Source of the DNA: Candidatus Krumholzibacteriota bacterium
Lineage (GTDB): Bacteria > Krumholzibacteriota > Krumholzibacteriia > JAJRXK01
Direction of reading: 5' to 3'
Length of the DNA: 64,000 bases
Assembly: GCA_963727455.1 (NCBI GenBank)
Contig: CAVSGG010000011.1
Span: 31,791-95,790 of the forward strand
Positions 46,513-55,426 of the stretch are shown here, one piece after another. A program made the translations under genes and the position numbers. A model generated the notes under the pieces. It saw nothing but the letters and a program-made list of their open reading frames with translations. It made no database searches and was not told the DNA's origin. Every line of letters begins with the position of its first letter. Position 1 is the first letter of the stretch.

Positions 46513-47043
46513 GTGGAGGGTCTCGCCCTGATGGCGATGGGCGATCTTCCCGGGGGTTATCCCGCCCTCGTGAAGGAGCGACTGCAGAAGGAGACTTCCA
46601 TGGTCTGCAGAATTCTCGACCGCGTGCTCGATCCTTCCGTGGCCTACGACTCCCAGCGGGCTCAGTACAACTGCCGCGCGCTCCTGCCGCTCCTGGAAAA
46701 CATCTCGATGGAAGAGAATTGCCGCGTTCTGGGTGTGGCTGACGTCGATCTCTTCTCTCCCATTTTCACTTTCGTTCTGGGAGAGGCGCACCTCAATGGA
46801 CGCTGCGGCCTCTTCTCGCTGCATCGTCTGCATCCTTCTCAGTACGGACTGAAGGAGGATCACGAACTTTTGAGGGCTCGCTCCGAGCGCGAGGCCCTTC
46901 ACGAGACCGGACATCTCTTGGGATTGGAACATTGCAGAGACCCGAACTGCGTCATGCAGTTCTCAGCTTCAGTAGAAGAAGTGGACTTGAAACCAGCGGA
47001 ATTCTGTTCTCGCTGCGCGGCCGTCGCACGGGCTGCGTTCTGA
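46513..47043 (+). CDS. Archaemetzincin-family zinc metallopeptidase (M54)
   Basis: RAQY, DVDLF...FTFVLGEA, HETGHLLGLEHC...CVM.FS...VDLK...FCSRC. Confidence 0.9.
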   Translation: MEGLALMAMGDLPGGYPALVKERLQKETSMVCRILDRVLDPSVAYDSQRAQYNCRALLPLLENISMEENCRVLGVADVDLFSPIFTFVLGEAHLNGRCGLFSLHRLHPSQYGLKEDHELLRARSEREALHETGHLLGLEHCRDPNCVMQFSASVEEVDLKPAEFCSRCAAVARAAF

Positions 47044-47070
47044 CCCGCGGAGTTTCCACAGGAGGGAGCC

Positions 47071-48336
47071 ATGAACCGTCAATTCTCGATCCGCAAAGAG
47101 GGAGAGAACTACCATCTGACATTTCACAACTACCAGGGCCCGGCCGAGGGAAAGAGAATCGCCGATTGGCTCGGATTGGAGGCCGTAGATCCTCCCTCAG
47201 AAGAAGCCCAAGATCAGGCTCCGGGGCTGAATCAGTATTTTCTGTGGCAACCCATGAGCTTCCATCCCGACCTACAGGCCCTGGTGGAAAAGGAGAAGCT
47301 GCCCAAGGTCGCCCAACTGGTGAAGAGGATGCGGGCCACGGTCCTGGAGGGAAAGGAGCTGCTGCCCGATCTGAGGGGCATGCCGGGCACCCCCGGTGCC
47401 AGGACGAGTGCCGCGGCGCCAACAACGGAGCATCATTCCCTCACCGAGGAGATGGAGCAGCTTCACGAGAGGGTCTGGCACCGCGGGCCCAAGGCGATCC
47501 TGCAGGCACTCGTCATCCGTGCCGTACCCACCCTCATTCTCGTGCTCCTTGCTATCCTGGTGTACCGCCACATGGGCGATCACTACACCGAAATGAGCCT
47601 GGAGGACGCTCTGCGGCAGGCAAACGAGCCCATCGCGAGCCAGAGCGCGCTGGGAAAGTTCTGGAATCCCGACTACTCACACCACATTCGCATTCCGATC
47701 ACCTCGGCAAATTTCGCCGGCGGTAGCCGCGTCATCAGTGAGGACGGGGACGTGCTGCATTTCGAGGGAGTGGCCGACATTCGAGCCATCCTGAAGCGGG
47801 CCTCCGACTACACGGGCCTGCCCCGGGTCGATGCCCTGGCCCGTGAGGGCGTCCTGGAAATCCAGCGTCTGACGGCCGGCGGAACCGCCCTTCTGAGTAG
47901 TGGCGTGCTCACCCGTGAGGGCCGGCTCCCGCGCTCCGCGAACAAGCCCAAGCGGGTGTCTCCGGGCATCACGGACGGATTCCAGAACTACGAGATGCTC
48001 GATCCCGAGGATGAAATTGGGCTCAATGCCCTGTCCGGCGTCAGGATTTGTCTGGAAGGCATTGTCAAAAAAGAAGATGCGGGGATGACCCTGCGCTTCA
48101 AGAATGGGGCGGGCGTGGTGCTGCACACGCGGCAGGAGGGAACGGCCTGCGACCACCTGCTGCACTTGTTTGTCGACGATCCAAATACTATTCAAGTAGA
48201 TGGAGTCCTATCCCGGGTGTATCTCCTCGTGGATCGCGAGGATCCCCTGCACTCCCGGAAGAACACCCGTCTTGTCGGTGATTTCGCGGTTTACTCGGCT
48301 TCGGCCCAGAAGTATCACGCGGTCGATCAGAGGTGA
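47071..48336 (+). CDS. Hypothetical bitopic membrane protein
   Basis: 421-aa ORF with strong RBS GGAGGG and one central TM. No recognisable family motif. Confidence 0.7.
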   Translation: MNRQFSIRKEGENYHLTFHNYQGPAEGKRIADWLGLEAVDPPSEEAQDQAPGLNQYFLWQPMSFHPDLQALVEKEKLPKVAQLVKRMRATVLEGKELLPDLRGMPGTPGARTSAAAPTTEHHSLTEEMEQLHERVWHRGPKAILQALVIRAVPTLILVLLAILVYRHMGDHYTEMSLEDALRQANEPIASQSALGKFWNPDYSHHIRIPITSANFAGGSRVISEDGDVLHFEGVADIRAILKRASDYTGLPRVDALAREGVLEIQRLTAGGTALLSSGVLTREGRLPRSANKPKRVSPGITDGFQNYEMLDPEDEIGLNALSGVRICLEGIVKKEDAGMTLRFKNGAGVVLHTRQEGTACDHLLHLFVDDPNTIQVDGVLSRVYLLVDREDPLHSRKNTRLVGDFAVYSASAQKYHAVDQR

Positions 48337-48408
48337 GAGGGCGACCTTTCGCGGGATTGGTTCGAATTCCCCAACACCTGGACCCTGAATGGGTCCTGGA
48401 GCCGAGCA

Positions 48409-49836
48409 ATGACCAAACCCGTATCCGGGGGACGCGTCGCCCCCGAAGAGATCGAAGAACTGCTGCGCAAGTATGACCGGCCGGGGCCCCGCTATACCTC
48501 CTACCCCACGGCGCCGGTGTGGACGGACGAGTGGAGCGCGCGGGATTTCGAGCTGCGTCTCGCCGAGTTGAAAAATACCCTCGAGCAGGGCCAGGATCGG
48601 CCGCTCTCCCTCTACTTCCACATCCCCTTCTGCGAGGAGCGCTGCCTCTTCTGCGGGTGCAACGTGGTGATCAGCCGACGCAAGGAAGTCGCCCAACCCT
48701 ATTTGGATCGGCTCAAGCAAGAGCTCGACCTGGTGGTGGAGCGCCTCGGCGAGCAACGGAAAGTGGTTCAGATGCACCTGGGAGGGGGCACTCCCACCTA
48801 CTTCACCCCGGAACAACTGACCGAGCTCATGGACCACGTGAAGGCGCGTTTCTCGATCGAGCCCCTCCACGACGAGATTTCGATCGAGACCGATCCCTGC
48901 GTGACCACGCGCGAGCACCTGGTTGCTCTGCGCGAGGCGGGATTCACCCGCATGTCGATGGGTCTGCAGGATCTCGATCCCAAGGTGCAGGAGACGATCC
49001 ATCGCGTACAACCGGATGAGCTCACAAGCCGCTACTACCAATGGTGCCGCGAGCTCGGATTCACTTCGGTGAACATCGACCTCATCTACGGCCTCCCCTA
49101 CCAGACCGAAGAGAGCTTCCAGAACACTCTCGAACGGGTGACGGAGTGGCGTCCTGACCGCGTGGCCGTATTCAACTACGCCCACGTTCCGTGGATCAAG
49201 AAGCACCAGAGTCTCATGCCCGAGGAGGCCCTGCCCGACCCCGCTCTCAAGCTACGCATCATCGGGATGACCTTTGCTCACTTCCAAAAGCACGGCTACG
49301 AAGCCATCGGCCTGGATCACTTCGCCCTTCCGGAAGATGAACTGGCGGTCGCCCGTCGCAACGAAACGCTGCGTCGCAACTTCATGGGTTATTCCACCCT
49401 CCCCGAGACCGACATCCTGGCCTTCGGCGTCTCAAGCATCAGCGAAGTGGCGGGCGCCTACAGCCAAAACCACGTGCACTTCGCCAAGTGGAACAAGTCG
49501 ATCGATGCCGGCCAGTTCCCGGCGTTTCGCGGGGTGAGCCTGAGCCAGGACGATCTTCTGCGCCGCGAGGTGATCATGGGCATCATGAACAACCTCGCGC
49601 TCGACTACGCTCCCATCGAGGAGCAGTTCTCCATTTCCTTCACGGAGTACTTCGCCAAAGCGCTCGAGAACTTGAAGGAGCCGGTAAAGGACGGGCTGGT
49701 CGAGCTGTCGCCCGGCCGCCTGCAAGTGACACGCAAGGGACAGCTTCTGGTGCGTAACGTAGCCATGGCCTTCGACGCCTACTTGAAGGCTCCCGGCGAC
49801 GAGCTGAACAGCCCCCGTTTCAGCCGTACGGTCTAG
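48409..49836 (+). CDS. hemN: Oxygen-independent coproporphyrinogen III oxidase
   Basis: GPRYTSYPTA, LYFHIPFCEERCLFCGC, GGGTPT, RRNFMGY, C-terminal RFSRTV. Confidence 0.95.
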   Translation: MTKPVSGGRVAPEEIEELLRKYDRPGPRYTSYPTAPVWTDEWSARDFELRLAELKNTLEQGQDRPLSLYFHIPFCEERCLFCGCNVVISRRKEVAQPYLDRLKQELDLVVERLGEQRKVVQMHLGGGTPTYFTPEQLTELMDHVKARFSIEPLHDEISIETDPCVTTREHLVALREAGFTRMSMGLQDLDPKVQETIHRVQPDELTSRYYQWCRELGFTSVNIDLIYGLPYQTEESFQNTLERVTEWRPDRVAVFNYAHVPWIKKHQSLMPEEALPDPALKLRIIGMTFAHFQKHGYEAIGLDHFALPEDELAVARRNETLRRNFMGYSTLPETDILAFGVSSISEVAGAYSQNHVHFAKWNKSIDAGQFPAFRGVSLSQDDLLRREVIMGIMNNLALDYAPIEEQFSISFTEYFAKALENLKEPVKDGLVELSPGRLQVTRKGQLLVRNVAMAFDAYLKAPGDELNSPRFSRTV

Positions 49837-50117
49837 GCCAGGGTGCCGAGCAGTTTCAAGACCGTACCGGCCAGGTCATCGATGTTCTGCTTCAGTCGCA
49901 GCACTCGGCGGTTGTCGCTATCCGCCGAGCGCACGATGGCCATGAGCTGCGCGAGCTTCTCCACATCGGCCGGTTTGGGAAAGAGTTCCTGAATCTCCTC
50001 GTCGGTGAACGAGGTGAGTGAGGAAGCCGCGCTGGCCAGCTTGGTGTCGGTGCGCTTGGCGGCATCTCGCGCGGCTCGCTTGGCTTTGGTGCGCAGTTTC
50101 TCGAAATCCATGGACAT
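49833..50117 (-). CDS. Small hypothetical helical protein
   Basis: 94-aa ORF with RBS AGGAG, directly downstream of the lipoprotein gene. Confidence 0.65.
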   Translation of the reverse strand: MSMDFEKLRTKAKRAARDAAKRTDTKLASAASSLTSFTDEEIQELFPKPADVEKLAQLMAIVRSADSDNRRVLRLKQNIDDLAGTVLKLLGTLA

Positions 50118-50129
50118 TTTCGAACTCCT

Positions 50130-50861
50130 TCAGGGCGCGACCGCTTCTTTGCCGTGCAAGCGGTCCAGAATCTCCTTCATCCTTGCCAGGTAATCCTGAG
50201 TCGTCTGATAAGCATCGAGCGCTTGGCCCTTCTTGACGACGAGGTCGTTGACCGTATCGTCCATTTCGGCCACGAAATTGCGCAGGGCCCTTTCCTCGAC
50301 TCCGGCGAGCGCGAGATAGTTTTGGCGCGTCTGCGCTAGCTCTGAGGCAGAGCTGAGAAAGGAGCTGAGCGCGGTGTTGATGGCCTTGGCCTGGATGTAG
50401 TCCTCACGCAAGCCCTGTTCGAGCTGACGCTCGATCTCATACAGGGGAAGAAGCATCTCGTTACGCTTGGCGCTGATCTCTGCCATGAGGGCCGGAGCCA
50501 CGTTCAGGAGATAGCCCGAGCGATCCTCCTCCGATCCACTCTGCACCACCTGGTTCCACGCAGCCTGCATTTCGGGATCGGAGAAGAACTCGTGGGTGAA
50601 GCTGGGAATCCACTCGTGATCGATGAACTCGTTCACTCGAGCGCGCTTCTCCTCCATGTAGCGGTGCAGTAGGGCGAGGTGGGCGCTCTCGAGAGCTTGC
50701 AAGCGATGGCCCAGTTCGTCGGAGAGCACGGGGGCTTCGGCAGGGATGCTGGCACAGGCGCAGATCCCGCAGCTCATCGCGCTGACGAGAAGGAGAGTGA
50801 GCAGTCTCGACACCCTCTTGTGAAGTTCGAAAACGGTGATTCGGGCGTGATGACAAGGCAT
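50130..50861 (-). CDS. Hypothetical helical lipoprotein
   Basis: Hydrophobic leader ending in CAC, followed by a coiled-coil-rich body. Start uncertain (50861 or 50813). Confidence 0.6.
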   Translation of the reverse strand: MPCHHARITVFELHKRVSRLLTLLLVSAMSCGICACASIPAEAPVLSDELGHRLQALESAHLALLHRYMEEKRARVNEFIDHEWIPSFTHEFFSDPEMQAAWNQVVQSGSEEDRSGYLLNVAPALMAEISAKRNEMLLPLYEIERQLEQGLREDYIQAKAINTALSSFLSSASELAQTRQNYLALAGVEERALRNFVAEMDDTVNDLVVKKGQALDAYQTTQDYLARMKEILDRLHGKEAVAP

Positions 50862-51069
50862 GCATGGGCTCCGGTGATCGAGGATGCAGCTTGGCCGACC
50901 GGAATCATTCAGGCTTGTTGGAATGATCGATCCACCCTTGATGTGCCGATGGTAGCGCGTGAACGAAAAGTAGCGCAAGATCCGTCGACGGAAAGGTAGG
51001 GGAGCGAGTAGAATCGACGCGAAATTTGCCGGGTGATGGCTCGCGAGGCCAGTGGAGGAAGGAAACGCG

Positions 51070-51972
51070 ATGACCCCCAAGCACTCCAGCAAGCACAAGG
51101 ACAGCAGAGCATCTCATCGGGACGGCCGTCACGCCTCGAGCGACGAGATTCGGCAATTCATCGGAATCGTGGCGCTTGTGGTCATCGCTCTGGGAGTGGG
51201 AGCACTGATTCTCTTCCCCAGCTTGCGCCCCGGCTACACCAAGAAGTCCGAAGCAAATTCTGGCGGCCGCCCGAAGGTCTTCGTCTTGGCCGCGGCCAGT
51301 CTCAATGGTGTTCTCAGCGAAGCAGTGGCGAGTTATGCCTCGGTCGACTCGACGAGTTCCATTCAACTTTCGTGCGCCAGCAGCAATCTCCTGCGGCATC
51401 AGATCGAGCGTGGCGCCCCGGTCGACCTGTATCTCTCCGCCGCTCCCGAACACGTCGATGCCCTGGTCGATCGCGGTTGGGTGAAACCCGAAAATCGTTT
51501 CAATCTATGGACCACCGAACTGGTGCTGGTGGCACAACCCCAGCTCCAAGCTCACGAGAGTTTGAAGGACCTCTTGCTCGATGCCACCAGGATTGCCATC
51601 GGCGACGTCGGAGTCCCCGTGGGTGAGTACGCCCGTCAGTCACTGGCGAACATGGGACTTCAGAAGGAGTTGAAGGACAGATTGATCCCCATGGCAGACG
51701 AACCGGCAGTGCGGGCCGCGGTTGCCAGCGGGGCCTGCGACCTCGGCATCGCTTACGCGGCGGCGGTCCATGCCGCAGATGCGGGGAAGAAAGTGAAGGT
51801 GGTCGGTACCTTCTCCCAGCAAACACACGCACGCATTCTCTATGTCGGCGCTATTCTCAACGACGCCCAACATCCCGCAGGAGCCCGCCAGTTCTTGCGA
51901 TTCCTGCGCAGCGGGAAGGGGAGAGAAATCATGGAAGACGCGGGCTTTGAAGCGACGGTGGAGATGCATTGA
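51070..51972 (+). CDS. modA: Molybdate ABC transporter substrate-binding protein
   Basis: VLAAASL, ASSNLLRHQIERGAPVDLYLSA, VPVGEYARQSL; N-terminal TM anchor. Confidence 0.9.
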   Translation: MTPKHSSKHKDSRASHRDGRHASSDEIRQFIGIVALVVIALGVGALILFPSLRPGYTKKSEANSGGRPKVFVLAAASLNGVLSEAVASYASVDSTSSIQLSCASSNLLRHQIERGAPVDLYLSAAPEHVDALVDRGWVKPENRFNLWTTELVLVAQPQLQAHESLKDLLLDATRIAIGDVGVPVGEYARQSLANMGLQKELKDRLIPMADEPAVRAAVASGACDLGIAYAAAVHAADAGKKVKVVGTFSQQTHARILYVGAILNDAQHPAGARQFLRFLRSGKGREIMEDAGFEATVEMH

Positions 51973-52640
51973 TCCTTTCTCCGGTGGAATGGACCGCTCT
52001 GGGGATTTCCCTCAAGGTGGCCAGTACGGCCCTGGTCCTCATGGTGATTTTGGGCGTGCCCTTGGCATGGCTTTTGGCGCGCCGCAATTTCCCCGGACGG
52101 ACTTTGCTGGAAGCCGCAGCGAGCCTGCCTTTAGTCCTTCCGCCGGTGGTGACGGGTTACCTTCTTCTGTGGCTGCTCTCCCCCACCTCGAGCCTCGGAA
52201 AGGGATTGCACCGGCTCTTGGGCTTCGATCTGGTGTTCACCTGGCAGGCGGCAACCCTCGCTGCCGCGGTGGTGTCTTTTCCGTTGTTTTTGCGCGCCAT
52301 GCGTAGCGCGATCGAGGCAGTGGACACCGAGCTGGAGGAAGCAGCAGCAAACTTGGGCGCTTCGTCGCTGCGAGTTTTCACCAGCGTGACCTTCCCCCTG
52401 GCGCGTCATGGCTTCGTTGCCGGCGCCATTCTGGGGTTCTCGCGCGCCTTGGGCGAATTCGGGGCCACCATTCTGGTGGCGGGCAACATCCCGGGGCGAA
52501 CCCAGACCATCCCTCTGGCGATCTTCTCCCTGACCAACACGAGTGAATTGAGCGCGGCCTGGCCTCTGGTACTCACGGTATCGATCCTCTCCTTCGTATT
52601 GGTCGCGCTGGCCGATCACGCGGTCCGCAGGGGGCGCTGA
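51969..52640 (+). CDS. modB: Molybdate ABC transporter permease
   Basis: LPLVLPPVVTGYLLL, LEEAAANLGA, FSRALGEFGAT, GNIPGRTQTIPLAIF. Confidence 0.95.
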   Translation: MILSPVEWTALGISLKVASTALVLMVILGVPLAWLLARRNFPGRTLLEAAASLPLVLPPVVTGYLLLWLLSPTSSLGKGLHRLLGFDLVFTWQAATLAAAVVSFPLFLRAMRSAIEAVDTELEEAAANLGASSLRVFTSVTFPLARHGFVAGAILGFSRALGEFGATILVAGNIPGRTQTIPLAIFSLTNTSELSAAWPLVLTVSILSFVLVALADHAVRRGR

Positions 52641-52641
52641 A

Positions 52642-53733
52642 GTGCTCGAGCTCGATCTGGATCTCGCGCGCGACGCTGGCTTTCAGCTGCAACTGAAGCT
52701 GAAGACCGAAGCCGAGGTCACCGTGTTGTACGGGGCCTCGGGGGCGGGCAAGACCACCGTTCTGGATCTCATCAGCGGCGCCTGCACGCCCGACCGCGGC
52801 CATGTTCGGATCGACGGGGTGTCGCTTTTCGACTCTGAACGGGGGATCGACTTGCCCGCGCGCGAGCGTCGCACTCCGCGCGTGTACCAGGAAGGTCGGC
52901 TCTTCCCCCACATGAGCGTCCGCGCCAATCTCGTGTACGGCGCGCTGGACCACCAGAGCCTGCACGAAGTGGTGGAGATGCTAGAGCTTGAACCCTATCT
53001 CAACCGCCGCCCCAATGAACTCTCTGGTGGCCAGCGGCAACGGGTGGCAGTGGGACGCGCCATTCTGGCCCGGCCGCGTGCTCTGCTCCTGGACGAGCCA
53101 CTCGCCTCCCTCGATCTTCCGCTGCGCTACCGCATCCTTCCTTACTTGCGCGCGCTGCGCACGCGCTTCGCAGTACCTTTCGTCTACGTGACACATTCGG
53201 CCGAGGAGGCGCTCCTGCTGGGGGACGAGGTTGCGCTGATGGAGCAAGGAAAACTGATTGCCCACGGGGAGGCGGCGCGCGTTCTCTCCAATAGCCCACA
53301 CGCCCCCAAACCCGAGCTGCAGGCCGGCGACTCTTTGCTCCGGGCGACCCTCCGCGCCCATCTCTTGGAGGATGGAATGAGCGAATTCACTCTGGGCGCG
53401 CTGAAGCTCCACGGACCGCCGCTTCCCCAGGAGGAGCCGGGCGAAAGCGTTTATCTGGCTCTCGCCGCGCGCGACGTGATCCTGGCCCGCGAGCTTCCGC
53501 AAGGGTTGAGCGCGCGCAACGCCTTCGCAGCCCGGATCGTCCGTTTGGAAACTCTGCGGAACCGCAGCTTCGCCACCTTGCGCCTGGAAGGGGCTCCGGA
53601 GGAATCGGCTACGCTCACGGTAGCCCTGACGCAACAGGCAGTTCAGGAAATGGAGCTTGAAGAGAACGCACGAGTGATCGCCATCTTCAAGGCGAGTGCA
53701 CTGCGACCGATCACTCCTAGAGAGAGGGGTTGA
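52642..53733 (+). CDS. modC: Molybdate ABC transporter ATPase with TOBE domains
   Basis: GASGAGKT, LFPHMSV, LSGGQRQRVA, LLLDEPLASLD, SARN. Confidence 0.93.
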   Translation: MLELDLDLARDAGFQLQLKLKTEAEVTVLYGASGAGKTTVLDLISGACTPDRGHVRIDGVSLFDSERGIDLPARERRTPRVYQEGRLFPHMSVRANLVYGALDHQSLHEVVEMLELEPYLNRRPNELSGGQRQRVAVGRAILARPRALLLDEPLASLDLPLRYRILPYLRALRTRFAVPFVYVTHSAEEALLLGDEVALMEQGKLIAHGEAARVLSNSPHAPKPELQAGDSLLRATLRAHLLEDGMSEFTLGALKLHGPPLPQEEPGESVYLALAARDVILARELPQGLSARNAFAARIVRLETLRNRSFATLRLEGAPEESATLTVALTQQAVQEMELEENARVIAIFKASALRPITPRERG

Positions 53734-53740
53734 GCCTCAG

Positions 53741-54280
53741 ATGCAAGAGTTGGGTGGGTTAGCAGGATCGATCGGAATCTGGATCGGGTATGTCGCCTGG
53801 CTCATTGCCATGGGCGTCGCCCTGCTTTCGATTCCCATCGGAATTTCCGGGGGCTGGATCGCGCTCGCACTCGCGGTGCTCTACGATCTCTTCTACAACT
53901 TCCATGCGGTGGGTTGGAAGGTACTCCTCGCCTTCGCGTTGCTCCTGGCGATCGGCGAAGTCGTTGAGGCCCTGCTCGGCAGCCTCTACGTGGCCAAAAA
54001 GGGCGCCACACGCTACGGGGTGCTCGGCGCGTTCCTGGGCGGCTTGGCGGGAGCGATCGTGGGCAGCGGCGTAGTGCCTCTGTTCGGCACCCTGCTCGGC
54101 TCTTTCCTGGGCGCGTTCGTGGGTGCGGTGGGAGGCGAATACCTGCGAGAGCAACGCTTGCAGCCCTCGGTACGAGTGGGAATGCACGCTCTCGTGGGCA
54201 AAGTTGCGGCCAGCGGCATCAAGTTCGTTCTGGCTCTGGCCGGAGCGGTGAGCGCGGCGGTGGTGGCCTGGCCCGGGTAG
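53741..54280 (+). CDS. DUF456-like membrane protein
   Basis: Gly-rich hydrophobic protein: KKGATRYGVLGAFLGGLAG, GSFLGAFVGAVGGE. Confidence 0.75.
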   Translation: MQELGGLAGSIGIWIGYVAWLIAMGVALLSIPIGISGGWIALALAVLYDLFYNFHAVGWKVLLAFALLLAIGEVVEALLGSLYVAKKGATRYGVLGAFLGGLAGAIVGSGVVPLFGTLLGSFLGAFVGAVGGEYLREQRLQPSVRVGMHALVGKVAASGIKFVLALAGAVSAAVVAWPG

Positions 54281-54423
54281 CGGGTTCCCCTAGTCCGTAC
54301 GGCCGTAGAGTCGGCGCAGCTCTTCCTTATCGAGAGCGTCGCTATTCTGGGTGACATTTTGTGACCAGCGGGTCGAATTCTTCTTGGACATCCGTCACCT
54401 CCAAGGGAGCCCCGAGCCGGCAC

Positions 54424-54948
54424 TCAACGGCCGCGAAGCTGATTGGCTTTGGCGATGAGCTTCTTCCGATTCAGGATATCCGATTTTACCTGGACCCAGG
54501 CCTTCGACCCGTCCCCCTCGCGCGAGAGGACGTTTGCGATCGGGGCATTCACAGCCTCGCCCAGAAGTTGAATCCCCAACCCTTTCTTGTTGACGCCGAA
54601 ACGACCGGGCGCGATGAGCCCAACCTGACTCCAGGGAACCAAAATGAACTCTCCCCGAGTGGTCGACCGGAAGTAGATGCCGCGGGGATCCATCGAAAAC
54701 GAAGCCCAGTTTTCCTTTTTCGTCGCGTTCACAGCCATCAAAGAGAAGATAATGGTCATCACGATGGTGAGAAGTGTGAAGGGAACTGGACTCAGATTCC
54801 ATTTGCTGCGCACGAGCCAGACTCCCGAAAACAGCGCCACTGCGAGAATCAGCACCACCAGAACACGAATGGTCGCAGGCGGCGCGACGTGAAACAGATT
54901 CCGATCACTCGGGAGTTCGCGGTAGATTTTGATCTCTTGCATCATCAC
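54424..54948 (-). CDS. Hypothetical membrane protein (two TM plus PH-like soluble domain)
   Basis: 174-aa ORF, two TMs, GIYF...VPWSQV. Confidence 0.55.
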   Translation of the reverse strand: MMMQEIKIYRELPSDRNLFHVAPPATIRVLVVLILAVALFSGVWLVRSKWNLSPVPFTLLTIVMTIIFSLMAVNATKKENWASFSMDPRGIYFRSTTRGEFILVPWSQVGLIAPGRFGVNKKGLGIQLLGEAVNAPIANVLSREGDGSKAWVQVKSDILNRKKLIAKANQLRGR

Positions 54949-54985
54949 TGCATTGAGTCCTCGCTCATCCCACTAGATATGATTC

Positions 54986-55333
54986 TCAAAACTCCCACCC
55001 GTGGCGGCTCAAGTCCACTCTACCCTTTCTCGGGAAACGCACCCCCTCTTCCCGTAGCAGTTCCTCTTGCAATTGTCCGGCCGAAGCGGTGAGCGAAATG
55101 CGTCCACCGGCGCCCAGCACACGTTGCCAGGGCACGGCGGAATTCTCGGGGAGGTTCTTCAGAGCGCGGCCCACCAAGCGCGCGCGGCCGGGCAAACCAA
55201 CGGCTTGGGCAACTTGACCGTAAGTGGCCACCCGCCCGGGAGGGATCTCCGAGACCATGGCCCAGATGAGCTCGTAGTCGGTACTGCGCACGAAACCTCT
55301 TCTCGAACTCGCTCCCTGACGCAACACTAACAC
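54986..55333 (-). CDS. Alkyltransferase-like protein (MGMT family, YbaZ/Atl type)
   Basis: IPPGRVATYGQVA, ARLVGRAL, PWQRV (Trp at the catalytic Cys position), LLREEGV. Confidence 0.9.
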   Translation of the reverse strand: MLVLRQGASSRRGFVRSTDYELIWAMVSEIPPGRVATYGQVAQAVGLPGRARLVGRALKNLPENSAVPWQRVLGAGGRISLTASAGQLQEELLREEGVRFPRKGRVDLSRHGWEF

Positions 55334-55426
55334 CTATTCTGGACCACTCGCGCCGTGGAGGCTAGAATTCACCAGTTCCTCTCTCCGTCTTCAGGTCGGA
55401 GACAAGTCTCGAGAGAAGCTGGCACG

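Noticed and set aside
50862-51069. Moco riboswitch or ModE box upstream of modA
   Set aside because: Only a short hairpin (ATCATTC...GAATGAT) is visible. It cannot be supported without an Infernal/Rfam search.
54352-54364. TGACATTTTGTGA as another operator copy
   Set aside because: Mismatched, and it lies between convergent gene ends, so it has no obvious target.
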